NCBI GenBank assembly: GCA_964386485.1
Contig: CAYLTH010000005.1
Span: forward strand, 1-53,193
DNA: 53,193 nucleotides
Direction of reading: 5' to 3'
Origin: an uncultured Bacteroidales bacterium
Lineage (GTDB): Bacteria; Bacteroidota; Bacteroidia; Bacteroidales; CAIXZF01
Notes under the pieces: generated by a model
Databases searched by the model: none
What the model was told of the DNA's origin: nothing
What the model saw: only the letters and a program-made list of their open reading frames with translations
Translations under genes and position numbers: made by a program
Part shown: one piece after another, positions 1-9,866 of the stretch
Layout: every line of letters begins with the position of its first letter
Numbering within the stretch: the stretch's first letter is position 1

Positions 1-44
1 CAAGTCGGAAGCAAAGTTACTTATTAGTGTAAATTTGTCCTATT

Positions 45-1394
45 ATGCGGAAGAAACTTCATCAATATTTAATTCATTCACTTAACATCCCTAAAGACAG
101 CAAGTTACTTCTTACTGTCAGTGGAGGAATTGACTCTTCTGTAATGCTTGATTTGTTTTCCGGACTTAGATACCCTTTTGCACTGGCTCATTGCAACTTC
201 CGGCTGCGTGGAGAAGACTCCGATGCAGACGAAAGATTTGTTCGGAATCTGGCTGAAAAATATGCAGTCCCGTTTTATGCAATTCAATTTCAGACAACTA
301 AGTATGCACAAAATAATAAAATATCTGTGCAAATGGCTGCCCGTGAGTTGCGCTATGCCTGGTTCGAAGAAATCCGGATAAAGCACCATTACGATTTTGT
401 TGCAACAGCACATCACCAGGATGATGAAACGGAAACATTTTTTATTAATCTGCTCCGGGGATGCGGAATAGCAGGATTAAAAGGAATTCCGGCAAGGCAA
501 GGTTCTGTAATACGCCCATTATTGTGGACATCACGGACTGAAATCGAACAGTATGCCCTGCAAAACGCCCTGCAATACAGGGAAGACAAAAGCAACGAGG
601 ATGATTATTACCTCCGCAACCGGATCCGGCATCATTTGATTCCATTACTAAGCGGGCTTCAAACCGGTTTTAGCAAACAAATGCAGGAAAATATGCGCCG
701 GTTGGCCGAAGAAAATTTATGGATAGACCAAACGGTAAATCACCTCTGTCAAGACATTACAACAGAGCAAAACGCCGAAATTACCATCGACCTGAATGCT
801 GCCGGAGAACACAAATCTTCCATTCCCTTCCTGTCGCGGATGCTGGCTCCTTATGGCTTTAATGAATCACAGGTCCGGGATCTTGCAGACTCAGCAGAGA
901 TCAATGGAAAACAGTTTGACAGCACAGACTATGTAATGATTACACATCAGGGAAAACTCTTGTTGCGCAACAAATCAAAATCGGCTGAATCAATCAATTT
1001 TCAGATAACAGAAGCTGAAATTTTTTCGGGTCAACGTTCAATCCAAACACATCCCTCACTTTCGCTTCAATGGTATATTGCAGATATTCAGAATATTAGC
1101 ACAATTAACAATCCGGATTATGCCTGGTTCGACCTTGAAAAACTGGATTTCCCGCTGATAATCCGGAACTGGCAGGAAGGCGACAGCTTTCATCCTTTTG
1201 GCATGAACGGAAACAAGAAAGTCAGTGATTTCTTTATTGACCTGAAGCTAAGTTTGTTCGAAAAATCAGATTGCCCCGTTTTTGTGTCGGGCGATAAAAT
1301 TATGTGGATCGCCGGAAAACGTTCGGATCACCGTTTCCGCATCACAAAGGAAACTAAAAAAGTTTTGGTGATGAAATGGGGAATTAATCCTTGA
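45..1394 (+). CDS. tilS: tRNA(Ile)-lysidine synthetase
   Basis: 449-aa ORF. It has the N-terminal PP-loop motif SGGIDS, an HHQDD motif, and a TilS-type C-terminal domain (RNWQEGDSFHPFGM...KKVSDFF). Confidence 0.9.
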   Translation: MRKKLHQYLIHSLNIPKDSKLLLTVSGGIDSSVMLDLFSGLRYPFALAHCNFRLRGEDSDADERFVRNLAEKYAVPFYAIQFQTTKYAQNNKISVQMAARELRYAWFEEIRIKHHYDFVATAHHQDDETETFFINLLRGCGIAGLKGIPARQGSVIRPLLWTSRTEIEQYALQNALQYREDKSNEDDYYLRNRIRHHLIPLLSGLQTGFSKQMQENMRRLAEENLWIDQTVNHLCQDITTEQNAEITIDLNAAGEHKSSIPFLSRMLAPYGFNESQVRDLADSAEINGKQFDSTDYVMITHQGKLLLRNKSKSAESINFQITEAEIFSGQRSIQTHPSLSLQWYIADIQNISTINNPDYAWFDLEKLDFPLIIRNWQEGDSFHPFGMNGNKKVSDFFIDLKLSLFEKSDCPVFVSGDKIMWIAGKRSDHRFRITKETKKVLVMKWGINP

Positions 1395-2481
1395 TACAAC
1401 GGACGTACATCCCGTCGTCCTTGCTCTTGTAGGGATTTGAAATACCACCCAGCTGCAGGGTAAACATATGCCCCATACCGTATAAACCCCAATACTGAGT
1501 TGATGACCAGTAATATCCCTGATAATACATCTGGCGGAATTTCGAACAATTATAAACCCAGCCACCGAGTAAGGCATTAAACCCGGATGATCCGCCAGAT
1601 TGCAGGACAACACCTGCGGTACCTGACCCATTATATTGATTAATTAGTGTGCCCCATTCGGGATTCGACGGGACATGCCATCCGGTCGGACAAATCCCCT
1701 GACCACCCTCCAGCGTATCGTACATCATCATTTCCCGCCATTGGTAAAGTCCGCCAAATGAAGTACAATGGCTTGTGATATTGCTGTAACAGTATTTTTC
1801 AATTACTCCATTATTTTCCTGATTACCAACTCCATATACAAATGAACCGACATTCAGGTTCTTCGTCATCCAGCATTGACTTCCAAACTGTCCGGTGGTA
1901 TAGGATTGCCCGTCGCGGGTGTCAATCAGGGAACCTCCGCAGGTAAATGATGCAGGTGGATTGTAGGATCCGTCAGCATCCCCTTTACACAATGCATTTA
2001 AATCAACACTGAGGTTTTGGCTCGTCACTACAACAGTCTTGGTCTCTATTGCCCAATCTCCACCCGGAAATGAAGAAATGGAATTGATAAACCGTTTCGA
2101 AATAAGATACGCATCCAGAGAGTTTATCTGGGAATAACTGTCGACATTGGCAGCCATCTGAGACAATGCCGGAAGTGGTGTAATATTCACAAAATGAAGC
2201 ATTACTTTGTAGGCATCAGTAGAATTCACACCACCCCATTTTTTAGGCGTTGTGGCTGTTATACTATAGGTTCCTGCAGCAATATTTGTGAATTGATAGT
2301 ATCCGTAGATGTTAACTGTTGTCTGTGAAACCGGATTTCCCCCTTGTGAAAGGTATACAGTTGCACTATCCAGGGCAACGGCATTTGCACCGGCATAATT
2401 CACATGGCCGCTTATTTTATATTGACTAAAAGCAACAGGAATTGAACAAACAGTAAGCATTAGAATCAACAATCTCTTCAT
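1384..2481 (-). CDS. Secreted FISUMP-domain protein (signal peptide, carboxypeptidase-regulatory-like beta-sandwich, degenerate dockerin-like repeat pair, C-terminal Fibrobacter succinogenes major paralogous domain)
   Basis: N-terminal signal peptide MKRLLILMLTVCSIPVAFSQ. The C-terminal half has FISUMP hallmarks: CWMTKNLN, GGLYQW, CPTGWHVPS, YYWSST, VRCIKD. The middle has VNSTDAYKVMLHF and NVDSYSQINSLDAYLISKRFI, which resemble dockerin EF-hand repeats. Confidence 0.7.
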   Translation of the reverse strand: MKRLLILMLTVCSIPVAFSQYKISGHVNYAGANAVALDSATVYLSQGGNPVSQTTVNIYGYYQFTNIAAGTYSITATTPKKWGGVNSTDAYKVMLHFVNITPLPALSQMAANVDSYSQINSLDAYLISKRFINSISSFPGGDWAIETKTVVVTSQNLSVDLNALCKGDADGSYNPPASFTCGGSLIDTRDGQSYTTGQFGSQCWMTKNLNVGSFVYGVGNQENNGVIEKYCYSNITSHCTSFGGLYQWREMMMYDTLEGGQGICPTGWHVPSNPEWGTLINQYNGSGTAGVVLQSGGSSGFNALLGGWVYNCSKFRQMYYQGYYWSSTQYWGLYGMGHMFTLQLGGISNPYKSKDDGMYVRCIKD

Positions 2482-2559
2482 TCGGTGTAATTTTGTACAA
2501 AAATAATGTTAATCTTTCAATTAGCACACAAATCGTGAGAATAACAGATCCTTAACAAA

Positions 2560-2592
2560 TTTGTTCAGTTTTGATGATTTATATTAAATTTG
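2560..2592 (+). promoter_or_regulatory. Bacteroidota-type sigma-A promoter candidate for recX (-33 TTTG, -7 TAAATTTG)
   Basis: TTTG at 2560-2563 and TAAATTTG (TAnnTTTG) at 2585-2592 are separated by 21 nt. The site lies about 20 nt upstream of the recX ATG. Confidence 0.4.
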
Positions 2593-2612
2593 CATAGTAT
2601 GAGTGTCAGACC

Positions 2613-3044
2613 ATGAATTCAACTATACTTCAGCGTATCCGAACCTGGTGTGCAAGTCAGGAAAGAAATGAAACCGAAACAGAACAAAAGCTTCTGCAAC
2701 TGGGTGCAAATCCGGATGATGTCAGCCGTGTTCTTGAAAACCTGAAAGAGGAGGGTTTTCTAAATCAGGAGAGGTATGCAGGTTTATATGCCGGCAGCAA
2801 ATTCAGGATGAAACAATGGGGCAAGGTTAAAATTCGCTTCGAACTCGAACAAAAAGGCCTGAATGAAGTTGAAATTATTAAAGCACTCGATGCTATTGAT
2901 CAGGACGAGTACCTTCGGACCATCTCAAACCTGATTGAACAGGAAGCAGGCAGAAGCCATTCCGATATGATTCTGCGCAGGCTTTGTGCAAAGGGATTCG
3001 AGGAAGAACTTGTCCGTGAGTTAATTGACCATTTTGGAATTTAA
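2613..3044 (+). CDS. recX: Regulatory protein RecX
   Basis: 143-aa ORF made of three-helix repeats typical of RecX (QERYAGLYAGSKFRMKQWGKVKIRFELEQKGL). Confidence 0.75.
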   Translation: MNSTILQRIRTWCASQERNETETEQKLLQLGANPDDVSRVLENLKEEGFLNQERYAGLYAGSKFRMKQWGKVKIRFELEQKGLNEVEIIKALDAIDQDEYLRTISNLIEQEAGRSHSDMILRRLCAKGFEEELVRELIDHFGI

Positions 3045-3055
3045 AAAACATACCA

Positions 3056-4148
3056 ATGATACTATCTGAAGCCATTAAAGATCTTAGTGAAAGGACAGAA
3101 GCCTTAAGGAGGTTCCTTTGACATCGATACCAAAATAAACGAAATCAATGAGGAACAGGATAAAACCCTGAATCCCGGATTCTGGGATGATCCGAAAAAA
3201 GCAGAACTGATTCTAAAAAATATTCAGGAGAAAAAATCCTGGACGGATGCTTATGATAAAATCGTCGCCGGACGTGATGATATTCTGGTGATGTGGGAAT
3301 TTCTCGAAGCAGGTGAAGGCAGTGAATCCGAAGTGGAAGCATTGTATGAAGAAACACTGAAGCAAATTGAATCACTCGAGCTCAAAAATATGCTCCGTGA
3401 TGAAGAAGACAAACTCGGTGCTATTCTGACCATTAATTCGGGTGCCGGCGGAACAGAAAGCCAGGATTGGGCACAAATGCTGATGCGCATGTATATCCGA
3501 TGGGGAGAACAAAACAAATACAAAGTTCATGAAATCGACCTGCAGCCGGGCGATACAGCCGGAATAAAATCGGTAACCCTCGAATTTGAAGGCCTTTTCG
3601 GTTTTGGATACCTCAAAAGTGAGAATGGTGTGCACAGATTAGTACGGCTTTCTCCCTTTGATGCAAACCATAAAAGGCATACTTCTTTTGCCTCTGTTTA
3701 TGCCTATCCGATTATCGATGATAACATTGAAATCGAAGTCAATGCAGGAGATATCAGCTGGGATACCTTCCGGTCGAGTGGGCCGGGCGGGCAGAATGTA
3801 AATAAACTTGAAACTGCAGTTCGTCTCAAACATGAACCTTCCGGAATTGTAATCGAATGTCAGGAAACCCGTTCACAGCTTCAAAACCGCGAAAAAGCCA
3901 TTCGCATGCTGAAATCTCAGCTCTATGAAATTGAACTGACGAAAAAGCGGGAAGCAATGCAAAAACTGGAATCTTCCAAGAAAAAAATCGAATGGGGAAG
4001 CCAGATCCGTAGCTATGTGATGCACCCCTATAAAATGATTAAAGATCACCGGACCGACTTTGAAACATCGAATGTTCAGGCCGTTATGGAAGGTGGACTG
4101 AATGATTTCATCAAAGCCTACCTGATGGAATTTGGTGGAAAATTATAA
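3056..4148 (+). CDS. prfB: Peptide chain release factor 2, made by programmed +1 frameshift: join(3056..3118,3120..4148)
   Basis: The 0-frame [24 protein letters not shown] ends at an in-frame TGA (3119-3121). The +1 frame is open from 3120 with no ATG until 3288 and continues DIDTKINE...WDDP. The SPF (RLSPFDA) and GGQ (GPGGQNVN) motifs are present. The joined product is about 363 aa, a normal RF2 length. Confidence 0.9.
3107..3122 (+). other. RF2 programmed +1 frameshift site (AGGAGG TTC CTT TGA C)
   Basis: Slippery CTT followed by TGA C. An SD-like AGGAGG sits exactly 3 nt upstream of CTT, the same geometry as the E. coli prfB site. Confidence 0.85.
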
Positions 4149-4174
4149 TTTTAACAACCCAAAATACTGATTGT

Positions 4175-5557
4175 ATGAAAACACGTATCGAAAAAGACAC
4201 CATGGGCCCGGTTGAAGTCCCGGCCAACAAATACTGGGGTGCACAGACCCAGCGTTCAAAAGATAATTTTAAAATCGGTGGACAACAGATGCCCACAGAA
4301 GTGATTCATGCTTTTGGTATTTTAAAAAAGGCCGCAGCCCTGACAAATTTCGAACTCGGCGTTTTGAGTGAAGAAAAATGCAAACTGATCGTTGCAGTAT
4401 GCGATGAAATTACCGAGGGAAAACTTGCAGAGGAATTTCCATTGGTTGTCTGGCAGACCGGATCGGGTACACAATCCAATATGAATGTCAACGAAGTGGT
4501 TTCCAACAGGGCACATGTACTCAATGGAGGCATACTGGGAGAAGGAAAAAGTCCGGTTCATCCCAATGATGATGTGAATAAATCACAATCATCAAACGAT
4601 ACTTTCCCAACAGCGATGTCGGTTGCAGCTTATAAAACCGTAGTGGAAACAACCATTCCGGGTGTCGAAAAACTTTGGAAAGCCCTGGATGCCAAGGCAA
4701 AAGAATATGAGTCCATTGTAAAAATAGGGCGTACCCATTTAATGGATGCCACACCCTTAACACTGGGACATGAGTTTTCGGGCTATGCTTCTCAACTCGA
4801 ACATGGGTTGAAAGCCTTAAAAAACACCCTCCCCCACCTTGCCGAACTGGCTTTGGGAGGAACTGCTGTTGGTACAGGAATCAATACACCGAAAGGCTAT
4901 GATGTACTGGTAGCCAAAAAAATCGCTGAACTTACCGGATGCCCATTTATTACCGCACCCAACAAATTCGAATCCCTGTCGGCGCACGATTCCATGGTTG
5001 AAACATCCGGTGCCCTGAAACGACTGGCAATCAGTCTGATGAAAATCGCAAACGACATTCGTTTATTAGGCTCAGGACCCCGTTGTGGTATTGGCGAATT
5101 AAACCTCCCCGAGAATGAACCCGGATCATCCATTATGCCCGGAAAAGTAAACCCAACACAATCAGAAGCCATGACAATGGTTTGCGCTCAGGTTATCGGA
5201 AACGATGCTGCCATTGCAGTGGGTGCCATGAATGGTCATTTTCAGCTCAATGTTTTCAAACCGGTGATTATCTTCAATCTGTTGATGTCAGCTCGCCTCA
5301 TTGGTGATGCATGTGTTTCGTTTACAGATAATTGTGTGGTTGGAATTGAAGCCAATACAGTAAACATTAAGAAGAATCTGGAAGAGTCGCTCATGCTCGT
5401 TACCGCTTTGAATACCCATATCGGATATGAAAATGCAGCCAAAATTGCAAAAAAGGCCCACAAAGAGCATCTTACACTCCGGCAAGCCGCTCTCGATCTC
5501 GGTCTGCTGACCAATGAACAGTTTGATCAATGGGTTGATCCCTTGAAAATGATCTGA
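4175..5557 (+). CDS. fumC: Class II fumarate hydratase
   Basis: 460 aa. The N-terminus [23 protein letters not shown] is FumC-like rather than AspA-like. The lyase signature [16 protein letters not shown] is present. Confidence 0.9.
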   Translation: MKTRIEKDTMGPVEVPANKYWGAQTQRSKDNFKIGGQQMPTEVIHAFGILKKAAALTNFELGVLSEEKCKLIVAVCDEITEGKLAEEFPLVVWQTGSGTQSNMNVNEVVSNRAHVLNGGILGEGKSPVHPNDDVNKSQSSNDTFPTAMSVAAYKTVVETTIPGVEKLWKALDAKAKEYESIVKIGRTHLMDATPLTLGHEFSGYASQLEHGLKALKNTLPHLAELALGGTAVGTGINTPKGYDVLVAKKIAELTGCPFITAPNKFESLSAHDSMVETSGALKRLAISLMKIANDIRLLGSGPRCGIGELNLPENEPGSSIMPGKVNPTQSEAMTMVCAQVIGNDAAIAVGAMNGHFQLNVFKPVIIFNLLMSARLIGDACVSFTDNCVVGIEANTVNIKKNLEESLMLVTALNTHIGYENAAKIAKKAHKEHLTLRQAALDLGLLTNEQFDQWVDPLKMI

Positions 5558-5589
5558 TAAACGAATAAAATTGTATAATTTTATCTCAT

Positions 5590-5622
5590 TTTGGGAAAAA
5601 ATACATTTTTCTTCTATATTTG
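5590..5622 (+). promoter_or_regulatory. Bacteroidota-type promoter candidate (-33 TTTG, -7 TATATTTG) for the response-regulator/Hpt pair
   Basis: TTTG at 5590-5593 and TATATTTG at 5615-5622 have a 21-nt spacer. The -7 box overlaps the TTG at 5620 that the ORF track used as a start, which argues for the ATG at 5641. Confidence 0.45.
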
Positions 5623-5640
5623 CATCTTAATATTTTCCAC

Positions 5641-6984
5641 ATGCAGTCAATTAAAGTATTTGTTGTTGAGGATGATGTCGTTTATGCCGAGGTATTAAAA
5701 CATCAACTCGCCTTAAATCCTGAATATGAGATTGAGACCTTTTCGAATGGAGAGGAGTTACTCAACAATCTTTATAAAAAACCCAGCCTGATTACCCTCG
5801 ATTATACTTTGCCTGATTTTTCGGGCATGCAATTGTTTAAAAAAATCAAGGAATTCGACAGGGATCTTCCTGTTGTTGTTATATCCGGGCAGGAAGATAT
5901 TCTGACTGCTGTTGACCTGCTGAAAGAGGGAGCTTACGATTATATTGTAAAAGACCAGGATACCAAAGACCGCTTGTGGAATGTACTCAGGAATCTGCGT
6001 GAGAAATTTGAACTTGAACGCGAAATTGTTGATTTACGGGAAGAGATTGGCAAGAAATATGACTACGAAAACATCATAAAAGGGAAAAGCGTTGTTATCC
6101 GCCAGATTTTTAACCTGATTGAGAAAGCAACAAAAGCTTCCATCGCTGTAATTATTACAGGAGAAACCGGCACAGGAAAAGATCTGGTTGCCAGAGCCAT
6201 CCATTACAATTCAAGCCGCCGCAGAAAACCTTTTGTGGCAGTAAATGTAAGTGCTATTCCCAACGAACTTATTGAAAGTGAATTCTTTGGATTTGAAAAA
6301 GGTGCTTTTACAGGTGCTACCTCCCGAAAAATTGGCAAAGTTGAATTGGCAAACAAAGGAACCTTGTTTCTGGATGAAATTGCCGACATGGATAAAAACA
6401 TGCAGGCTAAGCTACTTCGGGTTCTCCAGGAAAAGGAAATTACGCGCATTGGAGGAAATGCAACCATTAAAACGGATATTCGCCTGATTGTTGCAACCAA
6501 TAAAAATATTGCACATGAAGTTCAGAAAGGAAATTTCCGGGAAGACCTCTATTATCGTCTGCTTGGATTACCCATTGAACTCCCGCCATTGCGCTACAGA
6601 GGCAATGATATCCTGATCCTGGCAAAGCATTTTGTTGATGAATTCTGCAAAGAAAATCAGATTAAAAAGTTGACTATCACTCCAGCTGCTCAGGAAAAAC
6701 TCATGAAATACACTTATCCCGGGAATGTACGGGAACTTAAAGCAATCATGGAACTGGCCTGTGTAATGACGAGTGATGATAACCTTGATGATGTTGACAT
6801 TTCATTCAATTCATCTGCTACTCAGGCCGATTTCCTTATGGAAGAAGATACCCTTGAAGGCTATACCAAAAAAATTATCAAATTCTACCTCCAGAAATAC
6901 AACAACAATGTATTAATGGTAGCCAAGAAACTGGATATCGGTAAATCAACTATTTACCGCATGATTAAATACAAAGAGATTTAA
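5641..6984 (+). CDS. Sigma-54-dependent response regulator (NtrC family: receiver + AAA+ + Fis-type HTH)
   Basis: Receiver domain (VFVVEDD...ITLDYTLPD). Walker A is GETGTGK, the sigma-54 contact loop is ESEFFGFEKGAFTGA, and Walker B is LFLDEIADM. The C-terminal HTH is VAKKLDIGKSTIYRMIK. Confidence 0.85.
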   Translation: MQSIKVFVVEDDVVYAEVLKHQLALNPEYEIETFSNGEELLNNLYKKPSLITLDYTLPDFSGMQLFKKIKEFDRDLPVVVISGQEDILTAVDLLKEGAYDYIVKDQDTKDRLWNVLRNLREKFELEREIVDLREEIGKKYDYENIIKGKSVVIRQIFNLIEKATKASIAVIITGETGTGKDLVARAIHYNSSRRRKPFVAVNVSAIPNELIESEFFGFEKGAFTGATSRKIGKVELANKGTLFLDEIADMDKNMQAKLLRVLQEKEITRIGGNATIKTDIRLIVATNKNIAHEVQKGNFREDLYYRLLGLPIELPPLRYRGNDILILAKHFVDEFCKENQIKKLTITPAAQEKLMKYTYPGNVRELKAIMELACVMTSDDNLDDVDISFNSSATQADFLMEEDTLEGYTKKIIKFYLQKYNNNVLMVAKKLDIGKSTIYRMIKYKEI

Positions 6985-6994
6985 AACCGGAAAT

Positions 6995-7345
6995 ATGAGC
7001 GACACCGAAAAAGTTTACGATCTCTCTATGCTTAGAGAAATGGATGCCGAAGATCCCGGTACATTAAAACATATTCTACAGATCTTTCTGGAATCCATCC
7101 CGGCTATTCTCAACGAATTGCTGACCCACTTTGCGGATAAGGATTATTTCAGCCTGGGAAATTCTGCCCACAAACTGAAATCTTCACTCGAATTGATTTC
7201 GATGAAAGATACAGCTATTCTCCTGAAGAAAATTGAGCTTCAGTCGAAAAGCGGTCAAAACCTTGAAGATATTCCAGCTATGGTTGAAACTGTTGAAAAA
7301 ACACTTTTAATCGTTTTTGAACAGCTGAAACAGGAAATCGAATAA
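6995..7345 (+). CDS. Stand-alone Hpt (histidine phosphotransfer) domain protein
   Basis: 116-aa all-helical ORF with the Hpt motif SAHKLKSS. It starts 10 nt after the response regulator stop. Confidence 0.7.
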   Translation: MSDTEKVYDLSMLREMDAEDPGTLKHILQIFLESIPAILNELLTHFADKDYFSLGNSAHKLKSSLELISMKDTAILLKKIELQSKSGQNLEDIPAMVETVEKTLLIVFEQLKQEIE

Positions 7346-7351
7346 GCGATT

Positions 7352-8008
7352 TTATATATCCATTTCAGGGATTTCTCCACGAACCTGAAGCGGAGCTGCA
7401 GTGGATCGTATAATCTCTTCCACACTGACACCCGGTGCACGTTCGATCAGAACAAACCCTTCGGGCGTAACATCTATTACTGCCAGGTCTGATACAATGC
7501 GTTTTACACAGGCAACTCCGGTCAAAGGCAATGTACAGGCTGTTAACAACTTGGATTCCCCGTCTTTATTGGTATGCTGCATGGCTACAATAATATTCCG
7601 TGCACTGGCAACCAGATCCATTGCACCACCCATACCCTTTACAAGTTTTCCCGGGACTTTCCAACTGGCAATATCTCCTTTATCGGTAACCTCAAAGGCT
7701 CCCAATACAGTCAGGTCTATATGCCCTCCCCGGATCATGGCAAAACTGCTGGCCGAATCAAAAAAAGCTGCACCGGCAATTGTAGTAATGGTTTGCTTTC
7801 CGGCATTGATCAGATCCGGATCAATGTCTTCTTCAAAAGGAAAGGGTCCCATACCGGTCAAACCATTTTCTGATTGTAGGATAACTTCCATACCTTCGGG
7901 AATATAATTGGCAACAAGGGTTGGAATACCAATTCCCAGGTTAACATAGTAACCATCTTTTAATTCTTTGGCGATTCGCTTTGCGATGCCCTCTTTATCC
8001 AGTGCCAT
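7352..8008 (-). CDS. scoB: 3-oxoacid CoA-transferase subunit B
   Basis: 218 aa. Catalytic-Glu motif [12 protein letters not shown]. Directly downstream of subunit A. Confidence 0.85.
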   Translation of the reverse strand: MALDKEGIAKRIAKELKDGYYVNLGIGIPTLVANYIPEGMEVILQSENGLTGMGPFPFEEDIDPDLINAGKQTITTIAGAAFFDSASSFAMIRGGHIDLTVLGAFEVTDKGDIASWKVPGKLVKGMGGAMDLVASARNIIVAMQHTNKDGESKLLTACTLPLTGVACVKRIVSDLAVIDVTPEGFVLIERAPGVSVEEIIRSTAAPLQVRGEIPEMDI

Positions 8009-8010
8009 AA

Positions 8011-8706
8011 TTATCGTTTGCTGGTTGTTCTGAATTCTATTCTCTTTTCATAGTTTATGCCCTGGAAAATCCTTTGAACATAAACTCCGGGAGTATGAAT
8101 ATGGTTAGGATCCAGCGTTCCCGCCGGCACCAGTTCTTCAACTTCTGCAATGGTAATCTTTCCGGCTGTAGCCATTACCTGATTAAAATTATTGGCTGTA
8201 GCCTTAAAAATAAGATTCCCTTTGGTATCCCCTTTCCAGGCTTTAACCAGGGCAAAATCAGCCGTTAATCCGGATTCGAGCAGATGCATCTTCCCATTGT
8301 ATTCACGGACTTCCTTCCCTTCTGCAACTTCAGTACCATAGCCGGCAGGTACATAAAATGCAGGAATACCGGCACCACCGGCACGGATTCGCTCAGCCAG
8401 TGTCCCCTGAGGTATCAGCTCTACCTGGAGTTCTCCCTGAAGTAACTGTCGCTCAAATTCTTTATTCTCTCCAACATAAGAGGAAATCATCTTTGCTATC
8501 TGTTTATTCCGCAGCAAAATACCCAATCCAAAATCATCCACGCCTGCATTATTGGAAATAAAAGTCAATCCCTTTATCCCTTTTCGATACAAGGCCTGAA
8601 TACAATTTTCGGGTATTCCGCACAACCCGAATCCTCCCACCATGATGGTACTGTGATCGGGAATATCCCTGACTGCCTCAATGGCATCTTTAACGACTTT
8701 GTTCAT
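8011..8706 (-). CDS. scoA: 3-oxoacid CoA-transferase subunit A
   Basis: 231 aa. The N-terminus [26 protein letters not shown] is typical of ScoA/AtoD. Confidence 0.85.
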   Translation of the reverse strand: MNKVVKDAIEAVRDIPDHSTIMVGGFGLCGIPENCIQALYRKGIKGLTFISNNAGVDDFGLGILLRNKQIAKMISSYVGENKEFERQLLQGELQVELIPQGTLAERIRAGGAGIPAFYVPAGYGTEVAEGKEVREYNGKMHLLESGLTADFALVKAWKGDTKGNLIFKATANNFNQVMATAGKITIAEVEELVPAGTLDPNHIHTPGVYVQRIFQGINYEKRIEFRTTSKR

Positions 8707-8804
8707 ATGCTTCTTAATTTCAGAAAATCATCGCAATTTTAACAAAAGGATACAGTTATTGTTCGTACTTTTGAATTTACAATGATAAATAAAAGATTTT
8801 GAAT

Positions 8805-9155
8805 ATGAAAAGAATTTTTATTATCCTTCTCACGCTTAATTTGTCCCTGGCCATGAGCGCATTTGCCGGACCAAAAAAGGAGACTAAAGAAATCGCTATC
8901 CAGACTTCAGCCATCTGCAAAATGTGTAAAGACAGGCTTGAGAGCAACCTGATTTATGAAAAAGGCGTGAAAAAAGTAACGCTGGATATGAAAACAAAAA
9001 TTCTTACGATAAAATATCGTGCCGATAAAACGAATCCGGAAACTCTCAAAAAAGCAGTATCAGATTTAGGTTACGATGCAGATGAGGTTCCTGCAGATGC
9101 TAAAGCTTATGACGAATTACCGGCATGCTGTAAAAAAGATGCTGCACCACACTAA
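8805..9155 (+). CDS. Exported heavy-metal-associated (HMA) domain protein
   Basis: Signal peptide MKRIFIILLTLNLSLAMSAFA. An HMA-like CKMC metal motif within a beta-alpha-beta-beta-alpha-beta sized domain. The C-terminus carries ACCKKDAAPH. The ATG at 8805 is preferred over the TTG at 8799. Confidence 0.6.
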   Translation: MKRIFIILLTLNLSLAMSAFAGPKKETKEIAIQTSAICKMCKDRLESNLIYEKGVKKVTLDMKTKILTIKYRADKTNPETLKKAVSDLGYDADEVPADAKAYDELPACCKKDAAPH

Positions 9156-9158
9156 TAG

Positions 9159-9848
9159 CTAAAGCCCTTTAACCCTGGGAGCACCCGCAACAAAATCCTT
9201 CAGGTAAAACGGCTCAAAATAGGCAACATCCTCAAACTGACTGGTGTTAAAACGATGAATCGCCGCCTGTACCATATGTGCAGCTGATATTTTGTATTCA
9301 TATAAAATCATCGCATTGGGAAGGTTTTCAATAAAACCGGCCATTTTTTCAGCTCCATTTCCAAAAAACACCATTTCCTGTTTCTCCAGTTCATTCGCAA
9401 AGGACTGATCATCAAGTATAATGGCTTCTGTTTCCTTAATCTTTATCAAATCAGCTGTGTAGAGTGCAGTATACACTTCCATCCGCCGTGCGTCAATCAT
9501 CGGACACAAAATGGTATTTCCGGAAAACCTCGCTGCAACCCCTGCTGCCATAATTTCCAGCGTATTGATAGCTATCAGGGGGATATCCATGGCATAACAA
9601 TATCCCTTTGCCACTGAAACGCCAATCCGAAGACCAGTATAGGAGCCCGGACCCATACTCACAGCAATGGCATCCATATCTTTCATGGTCAAACCATTCT
9701 GCTCAAGTAAAGAGTTGGCAAGAACGGTGAGATTCGCTGCATGATCATTCAACTGGCCACTCGTAAGCACTCCGCATAATGTATCACCATCAACCAGGGC
9801 CACCGAACATACAGAAGTGGCTGATTCTATGCACAATATTTTTGTCAA
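9159..9848 (-). CDS. tsaB: tRNA N6-threonylcarbamoyladenosine biosynthesis protein TsaB
   Basis: 229 aa. N-terminus ILCIESATSVCSVAL and GPGSYTGLRIG are both typical of TsaB/YeaZ. Confidence 0.85.
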   Translation of the reverse strand: MTKILCIESATSVCSVALVDGDTLCGVLTSGQLNDHAANLTVLANSLLEQNGLTMKDMDAIAVSMGPGSYTGLRIGVSVAKGYCYAMDIPLIAINTLEIMAAGVAARFSGNTILCPMIDARRMEVYTALYTADLIKIKETEAIILDDQSFANELEKQEMVFFGNGAEKMAGFIENLPNAMILYEYKISAAHMVQAAIHRFNTSQFEDVAYFEPFYLKDFVAGAPRVKGL

Positions 9849-9866
9849 AACTAATTTTCTGTTGGA

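Noticed and set aside
5620-5640. N-terminal extensions proposed by the ORF track using TTG starts (5620 for the response regulator, 26050 for yitT, 8799 for the HMA protein) and upstream Met codons for recG (19850), porP (25933) and TolC (12756).
   Set aside because: The TTG codons at 5620 and 26050 sit inside TAnnTTTG -7 promoter boxes. The downstream ATG codons give canonical N-termini, either signal peptides or conserved family starts. The extensions add non-conserved residues.
7401-7907. 168-aa ORF on the plus strand inside scoB. Similar long antisense ORFs occur at 38114-38794 (226 aa, in mutA), 47729-48232 (167 aa, across the cytochrome b/Fe-S junction), 36062-36505 (in the yfcH-like gene), 19386-19853 (in recG), 25622-26053 (in porP), 10713-11096 (in the HlyD gene) and 1266-1631.
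   Set aside because: Each lies entirely antisense to a gene with strong family motifs. Their translations are low-complexity (Ser/Arg/Pro-rich or hydrophobic junk) with no recognisable motifs. They are best explained as shadow ORFs of the real coding frame.
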